Of a DNA stretch of 64,000 bases, positions 44,668-54,625 are shown one piece after another (the first letter of the stretch is position 1; each line of letters begins with the position of its first letter). Made by a program: the position numbers and the translations under genes. The notes beneath the pieces were generated by a model. That model saw nothing but the letters and a program-made list of their open reading frames with translations. It searched no databases and was not told the origin of the DNA. This DNA comes from an uncultured Candidatus Saccharibacteria bacterium (GTDB lineage Bacteria; Patescibacteriota; Doudnabacteria; UBA920): NCBI GenBank assembly GCA_964600695.1, contig CAZRKK010000002.1:5354-69353 (forward strand). Reading direction: 5' to 3'.

Positions 44668-45058
44668 TACAGATGGTGGAGCAAGGGGTAACCCTGGTCC
44701 GGCAGGTGCTGGTTTAGTTATAAAAGATGAGAATGGCAATATACTTCTTGAGCACGGTCAGTACTTAGGAGAGACTACTAATAATGTAGCCGAGTATTCT
44801 GCGCTAATAGAGGCTCTGAAGTTTGCAAAAACACTAGGCGGCACCGACTTGGAAATTTTTATGGATTCCGAGTTGATTGTTAAGCAAATGTTGGGTCAGT
44901 ATAAAATAAAACAGCCTCATCTGCAGGAATTGGCTGTTAAGGTTAAAGCTTTGCTAGCGGAATTTGATAGCTATACTTTTAAACATATTTTGCGTGAGTA
45001 TAACAAGGAAGCCGATCGAATGGTTAATCAAGCTATCGATCAAGCATTGGGGCTCTGA
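44648..45058 (+). CDS. rnhA: RNase HI-family ribonuclease H
   Basis: TDGGARGNPGPAGAG...NNVAEYSALIEAL...DSELIVKQM pattern. 20-nt overlap with recJ. Confidence 0.8.
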   Translation: MKKLQLSTDGGARGNPGPAGAGLVIKDENGNILLEHGQYLGETTNNVAEYSALIEALKFAKTLGGTDLEIFMDSELIVKQMLGQYKIKQPHLQELAVKVKALLAEFDSYTFKHILREYNKEADRMVNQAIDQALGL

Positions 45059-45061
45059 GTT

Positions 45062-46360
45062 TTAATTAACAATAATTGAATACAATTTTTGGCCAGCTAG
45101 AACAACTAGCTGGTTTTCATTTCCAGAAAGTTGCATCATTGAAGGGGTGTTGTTTTCGAGTAGGGAGTATCTGTTCTGTCCATTGCGGTTGTCTATTTCT
45201 ACTGCTGTAACGTCTTTTGTAGTCGACACAAAGCCGTAACCCAACTCCGGTACAACTACTGCTTGAGTTAATGTTTGGCTGTTGCGATAGAATAATTCGG
45301 TTTTGCTAGAAATAAAATTATAGAAATAAATTTCTGTAGGAGTGGTAAATGTGAGTTCCTGCCGTGTTGAATTAAAATTAACTAATTGAACCTGGTTGTT
45401 TAGTAATTCTGGTTGGCTGTTGATTCTAAATAAAGAAGAATCTACTAACAGAAACAATTCTTTATGGTCTGTTAAGAATAATTGAGTGGACTTTCCCTTT
45501 AATATTTCTCCAGAGAATAGAACACCTTGCTTGGTTAAGGTTTTGCCATCCCAGTAGTAAGTTTGTAAACTGTCTGTTCCAGACTTTGCAGCATAGATAA
45601 TATTATCGCTAAGAGTAAACCCTCTCACATCATCTAGAATAACTTTGGCTGTTCCCTTGGTTTTTAAATTATACGAATAAATGGAGTTATCTTTTAAGGC
45701 AACAATAATATTTTCGGAAATTATATTAATATTGGAGCTATCTTTAAATTGAGTTGGCAAGTCGATTAGTTTTAAATTGCCAACATCTAGTAAGGATAAT
45801 TTTCCAGAGCTAGAAGTTGTTATAACAAAATTGTTAGATTGCGTCTCTTTAAACTTAATAATTTCTTCTGGTAAGGCATTGCTTTGATTAACAACTTTTT
45901 TCTGGCTTAAGTCGTAGAGTGTTATGGTTTTATCAGCACTGCTAAATAAAACTTGGTTGTTAATTACCAAAGCACTGCTTACGATCTTGTCAGTAAAGTT
46001 AATAGGGGTCGAATCTGGTAACAAAATGATTGCCTCGTCGAGACTACCCGCATAGGTTACTTTACCAGCTTCAATAAATAAACTTTTGGACCAGCTTCGA
46101 TAACCGTCTTTTTTTATTTCAATTTGATAGGTACCCTGTTTAACAAAACGCATTGTAGCTGGGGTGGTATCGGATTTCTTTCCATTTAAGTATACTTGAG
46201 CGCTGCTAGGGTCTGTCTGCACATCTAAGATACCAGTGCCATTAGTAGAGTCACTAAAGTTGAGTCCTTTACCGCTCACATAAATTACAATCAGTGGAGC
46301 TAAAGCAAAGAACACTATACAGATAAATAAGAGAATTAAATAACGAGTAATTTTGTCCAT
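45062..46360 (-). CDS. membrane-anchored PEGA-domain protein with repeat-rich (beta-propeller-like) ectodomain
   Basis: N-terminal TM helix, then a PEGA-type module (VQTDPSSAQVYLNGKKSDTTPATMRFVKQGTYQIEIKKDGYRSWS). Confidence 0.7.
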   Translation of the reverse strand: MDKITRYLILLFICIVFFALAPLIVIYVSGKGLNFSDSTNGTGILDVQTDPSSAQVYLNGKKSDTTPATMRFVKQGTYQIEIKKDGYRSWSKSLFIEAGKVTYAGSLDEAIILLPDSTPINFTDKIVSSALVINNQVLFSSADKTITLYDLSQKKVVNQSNALPEEIIKFKETQSNNFVITTSSSGKLSLLDVGNLKLIDLPTQFKDSSNINIISENIIVALKDNSIYSYNLKTKGTAKVILDDVRGFTLSDNIIYAAKSGTDSLQTYYWDGKTLTKQGVLFSGEILKGKSTQLFLTDHKELFLLVDSSLFRINSQPELLNNQVQLVNFNSTRQELTFTTPTEIYFYNFISSKTELFYRNSQTLTQAVVVPELGYGFVSTTKDVTAVEIDNRNGQNRYSLLENNTPSMMQLSGNENQLVVLAGQKLYSIIVN

Positions 46361-46462
46361 TTGTCTATTAATTATACCAAATTTAGCTTAGTTAATAAAT
46401 CAATTTAGTCACTAGTTTTACTGATTGATGATTTTGGTCGAAACAGCTAGAATATAAGGACT

Positions 46463-47785
46463 ATGTCGGATCAAAAACAAACCCACGGCTCTTCTGATAA
46501 TGACAAGTTTATCATTACCGGAGGACAAAAATTAGAAGGAAATATCTCGGTTCGAGGTGCAAAAAACGCTGCTTTAAAGGCTTTAGCAGTGAGTTTAATT
46601 TTAGACGAACCTTCAAAGATTTTAAATGTTCCAGAAATCGAAGATATTAGTCGGTTGGTAGAAATTATGGAAGATCTTGGAGTAGAAATTAATAAACTCG
46701 ATCAAGGCACAGCCCTTGAACGTGGTTACGAAATAAAAAATCCTCGTATTCAGAAAAATAGTATTGCTCCTCATCTGCATCAGAAGACTCGGTCATCAAT
46801 GATGTTAGCTGCACCAATTTTGCTTCAGCACGGCGAAGTAACTTTTGCTTATCCAGGTGGTTGTGTTATTGGGAATCGACCCATAGATTTTTTCTTACAA
46901 GGTTTTAAGGAATTTGGAATCGAAGTTGAAGATCATGATAATGGTTATACTTTGCGAACTGGTGGTAAATTGCATCCAGCTAAAATTGTTTTTTCTCGTA
47001 TAAGTGTCACAGGAACAGAAGCCATGATGATGGTTGCTTGCAAAGTTGCTGGTCGTAGTGAAATTATAAACGCCGCCATGGAACCAGAAGTAGTTGCATT
47101 AGCAGAATTTTTGAATTCATGTGGTGCAAAAATTTCTGGAATTGGTTCGCCTCATTTAGTAATCGAAGGAGTGGAAAAATTAAGAGGGGGAGTTTACACC
47201 ACTATTTCAGATCGAATTGAAGCTGGTACTTTTGCAATTATGGCAGCAGCAACGAATTCTAATCTTACAGTGATGGGGATTGTCCCAGAGCATTTAGAGG
47301 TCTTATGGCAGTTCTTTAACCAGATTGGTGTTAACTATGAGCTAGGCGAAAATAGTGTTACGATAAAGCCATCAGGACAGTCGCTAAAAGCTGTAGCAAA
47401 AGATATAATTACGCATGAATATCCGGGTTTTCCGACAGACCTTCAGGCTCCAATGACAATTCTGATGACTCAAGCTCACGGTTCGTCCCTAATTTTTGAG
47501 ACCATTTATGAAGGCCGATTATTCTATATCGACAAGTTAAACTCGATGGGAGCAAATATATTTATGGCTGATCCACATCGGGTAATGGTAAATGGTCCAA
47601 CAAAATTAGTCGGTAAAAAAATTGCTTCACCAGATATTCGAGCAGGTATGGCGATGGTTATCGCTGGGTTAATAGCAGAAGGCGAGACAGAAATAGACAA
47701 TATTTATCAGATTGACCGAGGTTACGAACGAATCGAAGAACGTTTACAAGCTATCGGTGCAAAAATTAAAAGGGTGCAAGATTAA
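46463..47785 (+). CDS. murA: UDP-N-acetylglucosamine 1-carboxyvinyltransferase
   Basis: ITGGQKLEGNISVRGAKNAALKAL and overall MurA-like sequence including the GC.IGNRPID loop. Confidence 0.94.
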   Translation: MSDQKQTHGSSDNDKFIITGGQKLEGNISVRGAKNAALKALAVSLILDEPSKILNVPEIEDISRLVEIMEDLGVEINKLDQGTALERGYEIKNPRIQKNSIAPHLHQKTRSSMMLAAPILLQHGEVTFAYPGGCVIGNRPIDFFLQGFKEFGIEVEDHDNGYTLRTGGKLHPAKIVFSRISVTGTEAMMMVACKVAGRSEIINAAMEPEVVALAEFLNSCGAKISGIGSPHLVIEGVEKLRGGVYTTISDRIEAGTFAIMAAATNSNLTVMGIVPEHLEVLWQFFNQIGVNYELGENSVTIKPSGQSLKAVAKDIITHEYPGFPTDLQAPMTILMTQAHGSSLIFETIYEGRLFYIDKLNSMGANIFMADPHRVMVNGPTKLVGKKIASPDIRAGMAMVIAGLIAEGETEIDNIYQIDRGYERIEERLQAIGAKIKRVQD

Positions 47786-47811
47786 GGTTACACAGCATTA
47801 AGTTTAAGTTT

Positions 47812-48819
47812 ATGTTTCAAAGTAAAATTGGTATCGATTTGGGAACTGCAAATGTATTAGTTCATGTTCCTAAGCGAGGTATTATCATAAATGAACCAAC
47901 AGTAGTTGCTATCTCTGTGGATGACAATCGCGTTTTAGCGGTTGGTCAAGAAGCTAAAGAGATGTTGGGTCGCACTCCCGAAACTATTATTGCTAATCGG
48001 CCGATGCGAGATGGAGTAATTGCAGACTACAGAGTTACAGAGGCTATGCTTCGTTATTTTATTAACAAAGCTTTAGGTAAGGTTCGCTTTTTTCGTCCAG
48101 AAGTAATGATTAGTGTTCCTGGTGGGATCACTTCAACAGAAAGACGTGCGGTTATCGATGCGGCTCGTAGTGCTGGTGCAAAAACTGCCTTTGTAATTAA
48201 AGAAACCGTTGCGGCGGCGATTGGGGCAGGTATTCCTATTTCTTCGGCAAGCGGAAATTTGATTATTGATATGGGTGGTGGCACAACCGATGTGGCAGTA
48301 CTGTCGCTTGGTGGAATTGTAAATTCAACTTCAGTGCGTGTTGCAGGAAATAAAATTGACGCAGCCATCATTGAATACATTCGCAAGAAACATAGTTTAG
48401 CTGTAGGGGAGAGAACTGCCGAAGAAATAAAGATTAATATTGGCAGTGCTTTAGCTTTACCAGAAGAAGAAGTCATGGAAATTAAAGGCCGCGACAACAT
48501 TAGTGGTCTTCCAAAAACTGTAACAATTTCTACTAACGAAGTAGTAGAAGCTATTCAAGAAGAAATTAAAGAAATTGTGAAAGCTGTTAAAACTGTATTA
48601 CAAGATACTCCACCAGAACTAGCCAGTGATATTATTGATAAAGGCATGATTATGACCGGTGGTACTGCGATGCTTCGAAACCTGGATCAGTATATTTCTA
48701 AAGCTGTGGGAGTGCCGTGTTATGTAGCCGAAGAACCTTTGTTGTGTGTGGCTAAGGGCACAGCTATTGCGCTTGAACATCTAGACAGTTACAAGAAGAG
48801 TATTTTGAGTATAAAATAA
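47812..48819 (+). CDS. mreB: rod-shape-determining protein MreB
   Basis: IGIDLGTANVLV, DMGGGTTDVAVLSLGG, GGTAMLRNLD. Confidence 0.95.
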   Translation: MFQSKIGIDLGTANVLVHVPKRGIIINEPTVVAISVDDNRVLAVGQEAKEMLGRTPETIIANRPMRDGVIADYRVTEAMLRYFINKALGKVRFFRPEVMISVPGGITSTERRAVIDAARSAGAKTAFVIKETVAAAIGAGIPISSASGNLIIDMGGGTTDVAVLSLGGIVNSTSVRVAGNKIDAAIIEYIRKKHSLAVGERTAEEIKINIGSALALPEEEVMEIKGRDNISGLPKTVTISTNEVVEAIQEEIKEIVKAVKTVLQDTPPELASDIIDKGMIMTGGTAMLRNLDQYISKAVGVPCYVAEEPLLCVAKGTAIALEHLDSYKKSILSIK

Positions 48820-48830
48820 TTTCAAAAATA

Positions 48831-48852
48831 AAAACGGTTGCGGCCGTTTTTT
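48831..48852 (+). terminator. rho-independent terminator (first of two in tandem)
   Basis: aaaacgg (48831-48837) / ccgtttt (48844-48850) with T-run. Confidence 0.7.
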
Positions 48853-48863
48853 AGGTAAAAAAG

Positions 48864-48894
48864 AGACGACCGAATTCGGTCGTCTTTATTTTCA
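48864..48894 (+). terminator. rho-independent terminator (second of two in tandem)
   Basis: Perfect 22-nt palindrome agacgaccgaattcggtcgtct (48864-48885), followed by tttatttt. Confidence 0.8.
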
Positions 48895-48961
48895 GGTAAA
48901 CAGAATGTTCTTTAGAAATTTTTTACACTTATTAAAAAGTATAGGAATATAACCCTAAGTA

Positions 48962-48970
48962 TGGTATAAT
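48962..48970 (+). promoter_or_regulatory. extended -10 promoter (TGgTATAAT)
   Basis: Exact TGGTATAAT, 93 nt upstream of the ATG at 49063. Confidence 0.55.
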
Positions 48971-49062
48971 TTATTTAAAGAAAGCTCTGTGAGTTGAAGC
49001 TCTGTCTTAGATATAGACTCAGGCTCAGCAAGCAAACACAGAAGAAATAAATACAAAAAATT

Positions 49063-49632
49063 ATGACTAATGCAAAACGTAAGGCGTTATATTTGTTTTT
49101 GACATCACTGTTAGGGATTTTATTATTACTGATGTTCCATAGATCTCTATTTGTAATCTATGATATCCTCGGTGGATTTTTCCCAACAAACCCATTTTTT
49201 AATGTTCGTTCGGAAGTGGTATTCACTTTAGATTTCTTCACTATGATAATAGCTATGTTTTTGGGTGGATGGTACGGAGTGTGGCTTGGTTTAGATTGGT
49301 ATAAGATGATTTATGAAGAACGTGAAAGCCGAGAATGGTTCCATGGTTTCTTACCTCATCATTGGAGAGGTTATCATGCTCGCAAGCACAAAACACAAAA
49401 AAATTCTGAACCAGAGTTCGAAAAGTTAGATGCAATGTCTAGCCCAAAACGTATTGTGGTAAAAGGACCTGTGGCTGCTTCTCGCCGAGTAGAAAGCTTT
49501 GCCTCTTTTAAAACTGCGCCAGCAGACACCGCTTGGAGCTTTGACGATGTAGCTGCTCCTTCGGAAACTGCTAAGCCAAAACGCAAAGCCGTTGCTAAAA
49601 AACGAGTTGTCAAAAAGAAGGTTGCTAAATAG
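49063..49632 (+). CDS. membrane protein with basic K/R-rich C-terminal tail, hypothetical
   Basis: 189 aa with two N-terminal TM helices and a C-terminal AKPKRKAVAKKRVVKKKVAK. Confidence 0.5.
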   Translation: MTNAKRKALYLFLTSLLGILLLLMFHRSLFVIYDILGGFFPTNPFFNVRSEVVFTLDFFTMIIAMFLGGWYGVWLGLDWYKMIYEERESREWFHGFLPHHWRGYHARKHKTQKNSEPEFEKLDAMSSPKRIVVKGPVAASRRVESFASFKTAPADTAWSFDDVAAPSETAKPKRKAVAKKRVVKKKVAK

Positions 49633-49650
49633 TATATCTAAAATATTCGT

Positions 49651-50025
49651 ATGAAGTTAGATCAGTTAATACTCAAGACAATCATTGTTCAAGTTTTATT
49701 AATGATCACAAAGGTCATATTTTTTAGGTTTCTAAATACAGACTTGTTGCCAATATTGATTTTGTATTATTTAATTCTGGCCGCGATTTCGATTGCAATA
49801 GTCAGAAGGATGGGTGTTTTAAATTATTTTGAAGGTATTCTAGTTACCATAATTTGGTTAGTCTTGAATATTTTAATTGATTTACTAATTACTCAAGCTA
49901 TAATCGATAATGGTGTATTCTCCAATGGTCATTTCTGGATATCTTATTTAGTTTTACCTTTAGCTGTTTTAATTTTCCATAAGAAGGCCCATGTTGAAAC
50001 TAGAAAAGCCTTAAGAAATAGCTAG
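49651..50025 (+). CDS. small 4-TM membrane protein, hypothetical
   Basis: 124-aa hydrophobic ORF with a terminator downstream. Confidence 0.5.
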   Translation: MKLDQLILKTIIVQVLLMITKVIFFRFLNTDLLPILILYYLILAAISIAIVRRMGVLNYFEGILVTIIWLVLNILIDLLITQAIIDNGVFSNGHFWISYLVLPLAVLIFHKKAHVETRKALRNS

Positions 50026-50048
50026 GACCAACGAACGTAGTTAAAACT

Positions 50049-50073
50049 TCACCTTTAAATAAGGTGATTTTTA
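50049..50073 (+). terminator. rho-independent terminator
   Basis: tcacctt (50049-50055) / aaggtga (50061-50067), followed by ttttt. Confidence 0.75.
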
Positions 50074-50114
50074 TTTAAATTGACTTTAGGTGAACGATTG
50101 TATACCATAACAAT

Positions 50115-51431
50115 ATGCAACCAATCATCGCTCATATTGATATGAATTCGTATTTCGCCACAGTGGAACAGCAGGATAACCCTGCTTGGCGTGGTCATCC
50201 TGTGGCAGTGTGTGAGCACTTGGGTGGAATTATTATTGCCGCCAGTGTAGAAGCCAAAAGATGGGGGATTAAAACCGGTACTCCTGTATGGAAAGCTCGC
50301 CGCATTTATCCAAAAATTATTTTAACTAAAACTAGCCCAGAGAGGTATAGATTTTATACGGCAAGGTTTTTAAAAGTATTTGAAGATTATACAGATAGAG
50401 TCGAAAAATATAGTATTGATGAAGCTTTTTTAGATTTAACTAAGTCTTGTAATATCCGTGGTTACAAAGATGGGATTTTACAAAAGTTGGACCCATGGCA
50501 AGAAGCCGCGCGAGTGATTAATGAAATTAAAACTCGCATGAAGACCGAAGTCGGAGATTGGATTACTTGCAGTGCCGGTGTCTCTTATTCAAAGTTAGTT
50601 GCTAAAATTGCTTCGGATTTGCAAAAGCCAGACGGCTTAGTAATTGTTCGTTCCGAGGACAAAGCCGCTCTGTATGATCGCCTTGCCTTAACAGATATTC
50701 CAGGTATTGGATCTCGCATGGAGATTCGTTTAAATAAGTTGGGTGTTAAAACTTTGTCGGAGTTGCGCGATTTTCCACTAACAAAGTTAGTAAGCTATTT
50801 TGGAATTCAAGGTTATCATTTACATAGCATGGGTCAATTAGAGGGGAGTTGGAAAGAAGAATTTGCAGATAACGATGACCAACCAGAAACTGCTTCCATG
50901 AAGTCTATTGGTCATATGTATACTATTCCGCAAGAGTTCCGTAAACAAAAAATTATGAAGCCGGTGTTGTATAAGTTATCAGAGATGGTTGGGGCTCGAT
51001 TGCGGGTTAATGGTTTAGCCGGTGGTGTTGTACATGTTCACGTGCACGACCCAGAGCGGTTGTGTGCCAATCGTGGTGGTAAAATTGGTTATTCCGTGCA
51101 AGATGGCCGCGATATATATTTAGAATGCCTAGCATTGTTAAAGCAAACCGGTATTAGTATGGAGGAGTTAGAAAGTAAGAGTTACTTAGTTGGTGTAACT
51201 GTGGCAGGTTTACAGCCCGTTATAGAGCAACCAAGCTTATTTAAAACTAAGCGCCATACCGGTAAATTAATGGAAGCACTCGATATTATAAACCAAAAAT
51301 ATGAAGATTTTACCATCGCTCGCGTACCAGCGTTCTTAGCCCGCGACATTATCCGTGACTCAATTGGTTTTGGCCGAATGAAAGAATTTAAAACCACTTT
51401 TATGCGAGGTGGGCAAGGCGGTTTTAAATAA
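50115..51431 (+). CDS. dinB: Y-family DNA polymerase IV
   Basis: IAHIDMNSYFATVEQ, SIDEAFLDLT, SAGVSYSKLVAKIASDLQKPDG. Confidence 0.9.
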   Translation: MQPIIAHIDMNSYFATVEQQDNPAWRGHPVAVCEHLGGIIIAASVEAKRWGIKTGTPVWKARRIYPKIILTKTSPERYRFYTARFLKVFEDYTDRVEKYSIDEAFLDLTKSCNIRGYKDGILQKLDPWQEAARVINEIKTRMKTEVGDWITCSAGVSYSKLVAKIASDLQKPDGLVIVRSEDKAALYDRLALTDIPGIGSRMEIRLNKLGVKTLSELRDFPLTKLVSYFGIQGYHLHSMGQLEGSWKEEFADNDDQPETASMKSIGHMYTIPQEFRKQKIMKPVLYKLSEMVGARLRVNGLAGGVVHVHVHDPERLCANRGGKIGYSVQDGRDIYLECLALLKQTGISMEELESKSYLVGVTVAGLQPVIEQPSLFKTKRHTGKLMEALDIINQKYEDFTIARVPAFLARDIIRDSIGFGRMKEFKTTFMRGGQGGFK

Positions 51432-51434
51432 AAT

Positions 51435-51465
51435 AAAAAACGCTTCATTCAAGGAACAAAGCGTT
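51435..51465 (-). terminator. hairpin terminator, U-tract on the minus strand
   Basis: aacgctt (51439-51445) / aagcgtt (51459-51465). The preceding A-run gives a U-tract for the minus-strand gene ending at 51473. Confidence 0.55.
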
Positions 51466-51472
51466 GGGAATT

Positions 51473-52006
51473 TTAACTACTTGCTGTAACTGCATGAGTT
51501 TCTTTAACTGCAAAAAAGTTTTCAGCCCACTTTTTTATACGGCTCTTTTGCGGTGGCAATGGGGTGCAGGCTAGTAAGATCCAAAATAAAGTATAGGCAA
51601 TATGTTCGACTAATCTTGCTGCACTGACGGGGGTAATAATCCTTGTTAGATATTCATAAATTACAGAATAAGCAAAGTATAATGTCATTCCGTAAAGGAA
51701 AATCCTAACAAATTTATGAAATGAATCGATGCGGTTAGGGTTACAGGTGTTGCTTACTGGTTTTATAGTTTCATCGACTTTATCCGCCCACCATACCAGA
51801 ATTAAAGGGAATAAGAAGATAAATATCGTAAAAATTCCTGTCGAAAGGTCTAAGCCTTTGATCATTATCTTATCTACTGCAACGACACAGGATGCAACTG
51901 CATAAACTAAGATTGCCGCATATTTAATTAACTTTAGACTGATTCCAAAGTTTCTTTGTAATCGATGGCAGGTTTTTTCGACTTTATCACAAATCCAGTC
52001 ATCCAT
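51473..52006 (-). CDS. multi-TM membrane protein, hypothetical
   Basis: 177-aa ORF with AAGGAGGAAT upstream on the minus strand (plus-strand attcctcctt at 52011-52020). Confidence 0.55.
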   Translation of the reverse strand: MDDWICDKVEKTCHRLQRNFGISLKLIKYAAILVYAVASCVVAVDKIMIKGLDLSTGIFTIFIFLFPLILVWWADKVDETIKPVSNTCNPNRIDSFHKFVRIFLYGMTLYFAYSVIYEYLTRIITPVSAARLVEHIAYTLFWILLACTPLPPQKSRIKKWAENFFAVKETHAVTASS

Positions 52007-52066
52007 ATTAATTCCTCCTTTTGAAAAATAAGATTACCTCAAAATTTGGGTTTTGTCAATGGTTTG

Positions 52067-52075
52067 TGGTATAAT
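52067..52075 (+). promoter_or_regulatory. extended -10 promoter (TGgTATAAT)
   Basis: Exact TGGTATAAT, 107 nt upstream of the ATG at 52182. A leader hairpin gaaggtg/caccttc lies at 52107-52129. Confidence 0.5.
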
Positions 52076-52181
52076 TAGCTTACAAAATATAGTAAATGAA
52101 AGTGTGGAAGGTGATTTTTTCGCACCTTCTTCCTAGCATTCTGAAATCAAAATTCAAACTAAAAATAGATAACAAAACAAA

Positions 52182-52505
52182 ATGGTTGCGATTCAATTTT
52201 ATAGAAAGTTTATAACCGAATTTGTTCGAGAACAGATGATTGTTCTCGGTCCAAATTTAGCTGTCGACACAGCGAACCGTGCCGAAGGTATAACGATTAA
52301 TAATCGTGGACAGGTTGTAGAAATCGTAGGTGATGGGAGCCAGGTTTTGTATTTGGTCGTGCAGGAGTATTTAAAACTTTCACCACAGCTAACTAACCAT
52401 TCAATCCATTCATTATTCGTTAAATATCCAGACATTGCAGAAGAATATCCAGAACATTTTACAAAAGTTAGCTTAATTTGTCCGTTAATGATTCCTGAAG
52501 CATGA
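52182..52505 (+). CDS. hypothetical protein, first gene of the histidine kinase operon
   Basis: 107-aa ORF overlapping the kinase start by 4 nt (ATGA). Confidence 0.5.
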   Translation: MVAIQFYRKFITEFVREQMIVLGPNLAVDTANRAEGITINNRGQVVEIVGDGSQVLYLVVQEYLKLSPQLTNHSIHSLFVKYPDIAEEYPEHFTKVSLICPLMIPEA

Positions 52506-54169
52506 TCATAGAATTATTATTACTTGCTGATTTTGCGGTTTTAGGAGTAGTCTTAGCTATCTATTTAAGACGTATTTATCGTGAGCGAAATAAGTTGGTT
52601 GGAGAAGCTAGCCGAACTTTAGAGCTACAGCAGAGAATGTATCAGATTCAGGTGCTTCAGGAGATCAGCGAAAGAATCGGTTACTCATTAGAAGGTAGTA
52701 AGATAATTGAAATCATTACCAACAGTATCGGGAACTTGCTCGAATATGAAACAGTATCATTCATGCTGTACAGCAAGAGTGATTCTGTAGTATTTAAGTG
52801 CCATGTTCATAAAGAAGTTAATCATCGGTTCATTCTTCAGGTCAAAGACCATATGATGGCCGCCACTAACGCTTTGTGTCGTCCTAAAAATCTAAATATA
52901 AAATTGGATGAAAGAATCGGCGGGGCAATTTTAGATGATCAACTTCAAGTTGATGTTAAATCATTTGTAAACATTCCTGTAATTATCGGAACGGAATTAC
53001 TTGGTTTGATAAATATTTCGTCATCTAAACCTGGTTTGTTCGGTTGGCAGCAAGCAGCAGTTTTGTTTACGATTACAAACCAAGCAGCGGTTGCAGTGTC
53101 TCAACTGCAAACCATGTTGGAAAGCGAAAAGGGAAAACTCACAGGGGTAATTTCTGCTATGACAGACGGGGTTTTGATGCTCGATTTAAATAATCAACTT
53201 CAGATTTATAATCCCGCAGTTGTGGATTTACTCGATTTGCCGGTGGGTAGAAAAATTACCATGTTTGATATAGTCGATAGCTTAGCCGGAAAAGTAGATT
53301 TGCGAACTAAAATTGACGAGTCATTAGTTAAGGGAATCCCTATTGAAATAAAAGAATTGTTTGTTCATGATAAAGCTTTAGAGATTACTATCACACCAGT
53401 GCGGGATCATTCCGGGGAGCATCGAGGAGTAGCTGTAATTTTGCATGATGTCACTTCTGATAAAGCTTTAGATAAACTCAGGCAGGAATTTACCGCCATG
53501 ATGGTCCATGAATTACGAGCTCCTCTTACAGCGGTTAGATGGTCAAGCGAAGCGTTGCTTAAAAACTTATCTGGTGCACAACAACAGTTGGAAGCAGTAA
53601 AAGTAAAGGACAGTGTTACCAATATTGATATTGCAGCAACCAACATGCTAGAGCTGGTAAATGATTTGTTAGATGTTGCAAAGATTGAAGCTGGGAAGTT
53701 TGATTTAAATATTCAGGAGTATGATTTGTCGGATGTTATCAATCAAGAGATTCAAACTTTTACACCTCAAGCAGAAGGCAAACACTTAGCTTTGAATTTT
53801 ATTACACCTGGGGTAACGAAAGTAAAGTTTGATAAAGTTCGCATCGGACAAGTATTAGGTAACTTGTTGAGTAATGCTATCAAATATACTGACAGTGGGC
53901 AGATAGATGTAAATTTAACCGTAGATTCTTCTAAAGATGAAGTCGTGATTGCGATAAAAGATACAGGTTTGGGTGTAAGTAGAGAAGATCTCTCTGTATT
54001 GTTTTCTAAATTTAAACAACTGAAAACCTTTGACCGCTCACGCAAAGGCACAGGATTAGGCTTGGTAGTTTCGAGGGGAATTATTGAAGCTCATAAAGGT
54101 AGAATTTGGGCAGAGAGTGCTGGTGAGAACTTAGGGTCCACTTTTTCGTTCAGCTTGCCGATGAAGTAA
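52502..54169 (+). CDS. sensor histidine kinase (TM, GAF-like, PAS-like, HisKA, HATPase_c)
   Basis: H-box MVHELRAPLT, N-box LSNAIKYT, G-boxes DTGLGV and GTGLGL. N-terminal TM helix. Confidence 0.9.
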   Translation: MIIELLLLADFAVLGVVLAIYLRRIYRERNKLVGEASRTLELQQRMYQIQVLQEISERIGYSLEGSKIIEIITNSIGNLLEYETVSFMLYSKSDSVVFKCHVHKEVNHRFILQVKDHMMAATNALCRPKNLNIKLDERIGGAILDDQLQVDVKSFVNIPVIIGTELLGLINISSSKPGLFGWQQAAVLFTITNQAAVAVSQLQTMLESEKGKLTGVISAMTDGVLMLDLNNQLQIYNPAVVDLLDLPVGRKITMFDIVDSLAGKVDLRTKIDESLVKGIPIEIKELFVHDKALEITITPVRDHSGEHRGVAVILHDVTSDKALDKLRQEFTAMMVHELRAPLTAVRWSSEALLKNLSGAQQQLEAVKVKDSVTNIDIAATNMLELVNDLLDVAKIEAGKFDLNIQEYDLSDVINQEIQTFTPQAEGKHLALNFITPGVTKVKFDKVRIGQVLGNLLSNAIKYTDSGQIDVNLTVDSSKDEVVIAIKDTGLGVSREDLSVLFSKFKQLKTFDRSRKGTGLGLVVSRGIIEAHKGRIWAESAGENLGSTFSFSLPMK

Positions 54170-54239
54170 TTAGTATTTCTGTGGATAACTTTTTTTTGCT
54201 CAGAGAGGTATAATATATTTATATTAGTAACTTAAAAAA

Positions 54240-54614
54240 ATGCTGAAAATTGTTTGTGCGGAAGATGACAAAATGATAGCAACTTCTTTGACAGAAGGCT
54301 TTAAAACCGGGGGTTTCGAAGTAACTCCAGCTTATGACGGAGAAGAAGCTTTAGCCAAGATTAAACAAGTTAAGCCTGATGTGGTGCTTTTAGATATTAT
54401 GATGCCAAAGCTTGACGGTATAGGTGTAGTTTGGGAAATGAAGGCAGATTCAGAAATAGCCGACATCCCAGTTGTAATGCTTACTAACTTAAGTGATCCT
54501 GCTACTGTTAGTAAAATTTTAGAAGCCGGTGTTACTGATTATCTTTTGAAGAGTGAACAGACTATAGATCAGATTGTAGAGAAGGTTCATGAAGTAATGA
54601 ACCGCGGGAAATAA
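54240..54614 (+). CDS. single-domain (CheY-like) response regulator
   Basis: Receiver-domain pattern with DD...VLLDIMMPKLDG...K and no output domain (124 aa). Confidence 0.88.
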   Translation: MLKIVCAEDDKMIATSLTEGFKTGGFEVTPAYDGEEALAKIKQVKPDVVLLDIMMPKLDGIGVVWEMKADSEIADIPVVMLTNLSDPATVSKILEAGVTDYLLKSEQTIDQIVEKVHEVMNRGK

Positions 54615-54625
54615 ATATTATCTAA

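Noticed and set aside
45056-45064. Convergent rnhA (+) and PEGA-protein (-) genes are separated by only 3 bp, considered as a possible mis-assembly or gene fusion.
   Set aside because: Both ORFs end with proper stops and have complete family-typical termini. Tight convergent packing is plausible in a compact genome, and nothing in the sequence indicates a junction artefact.
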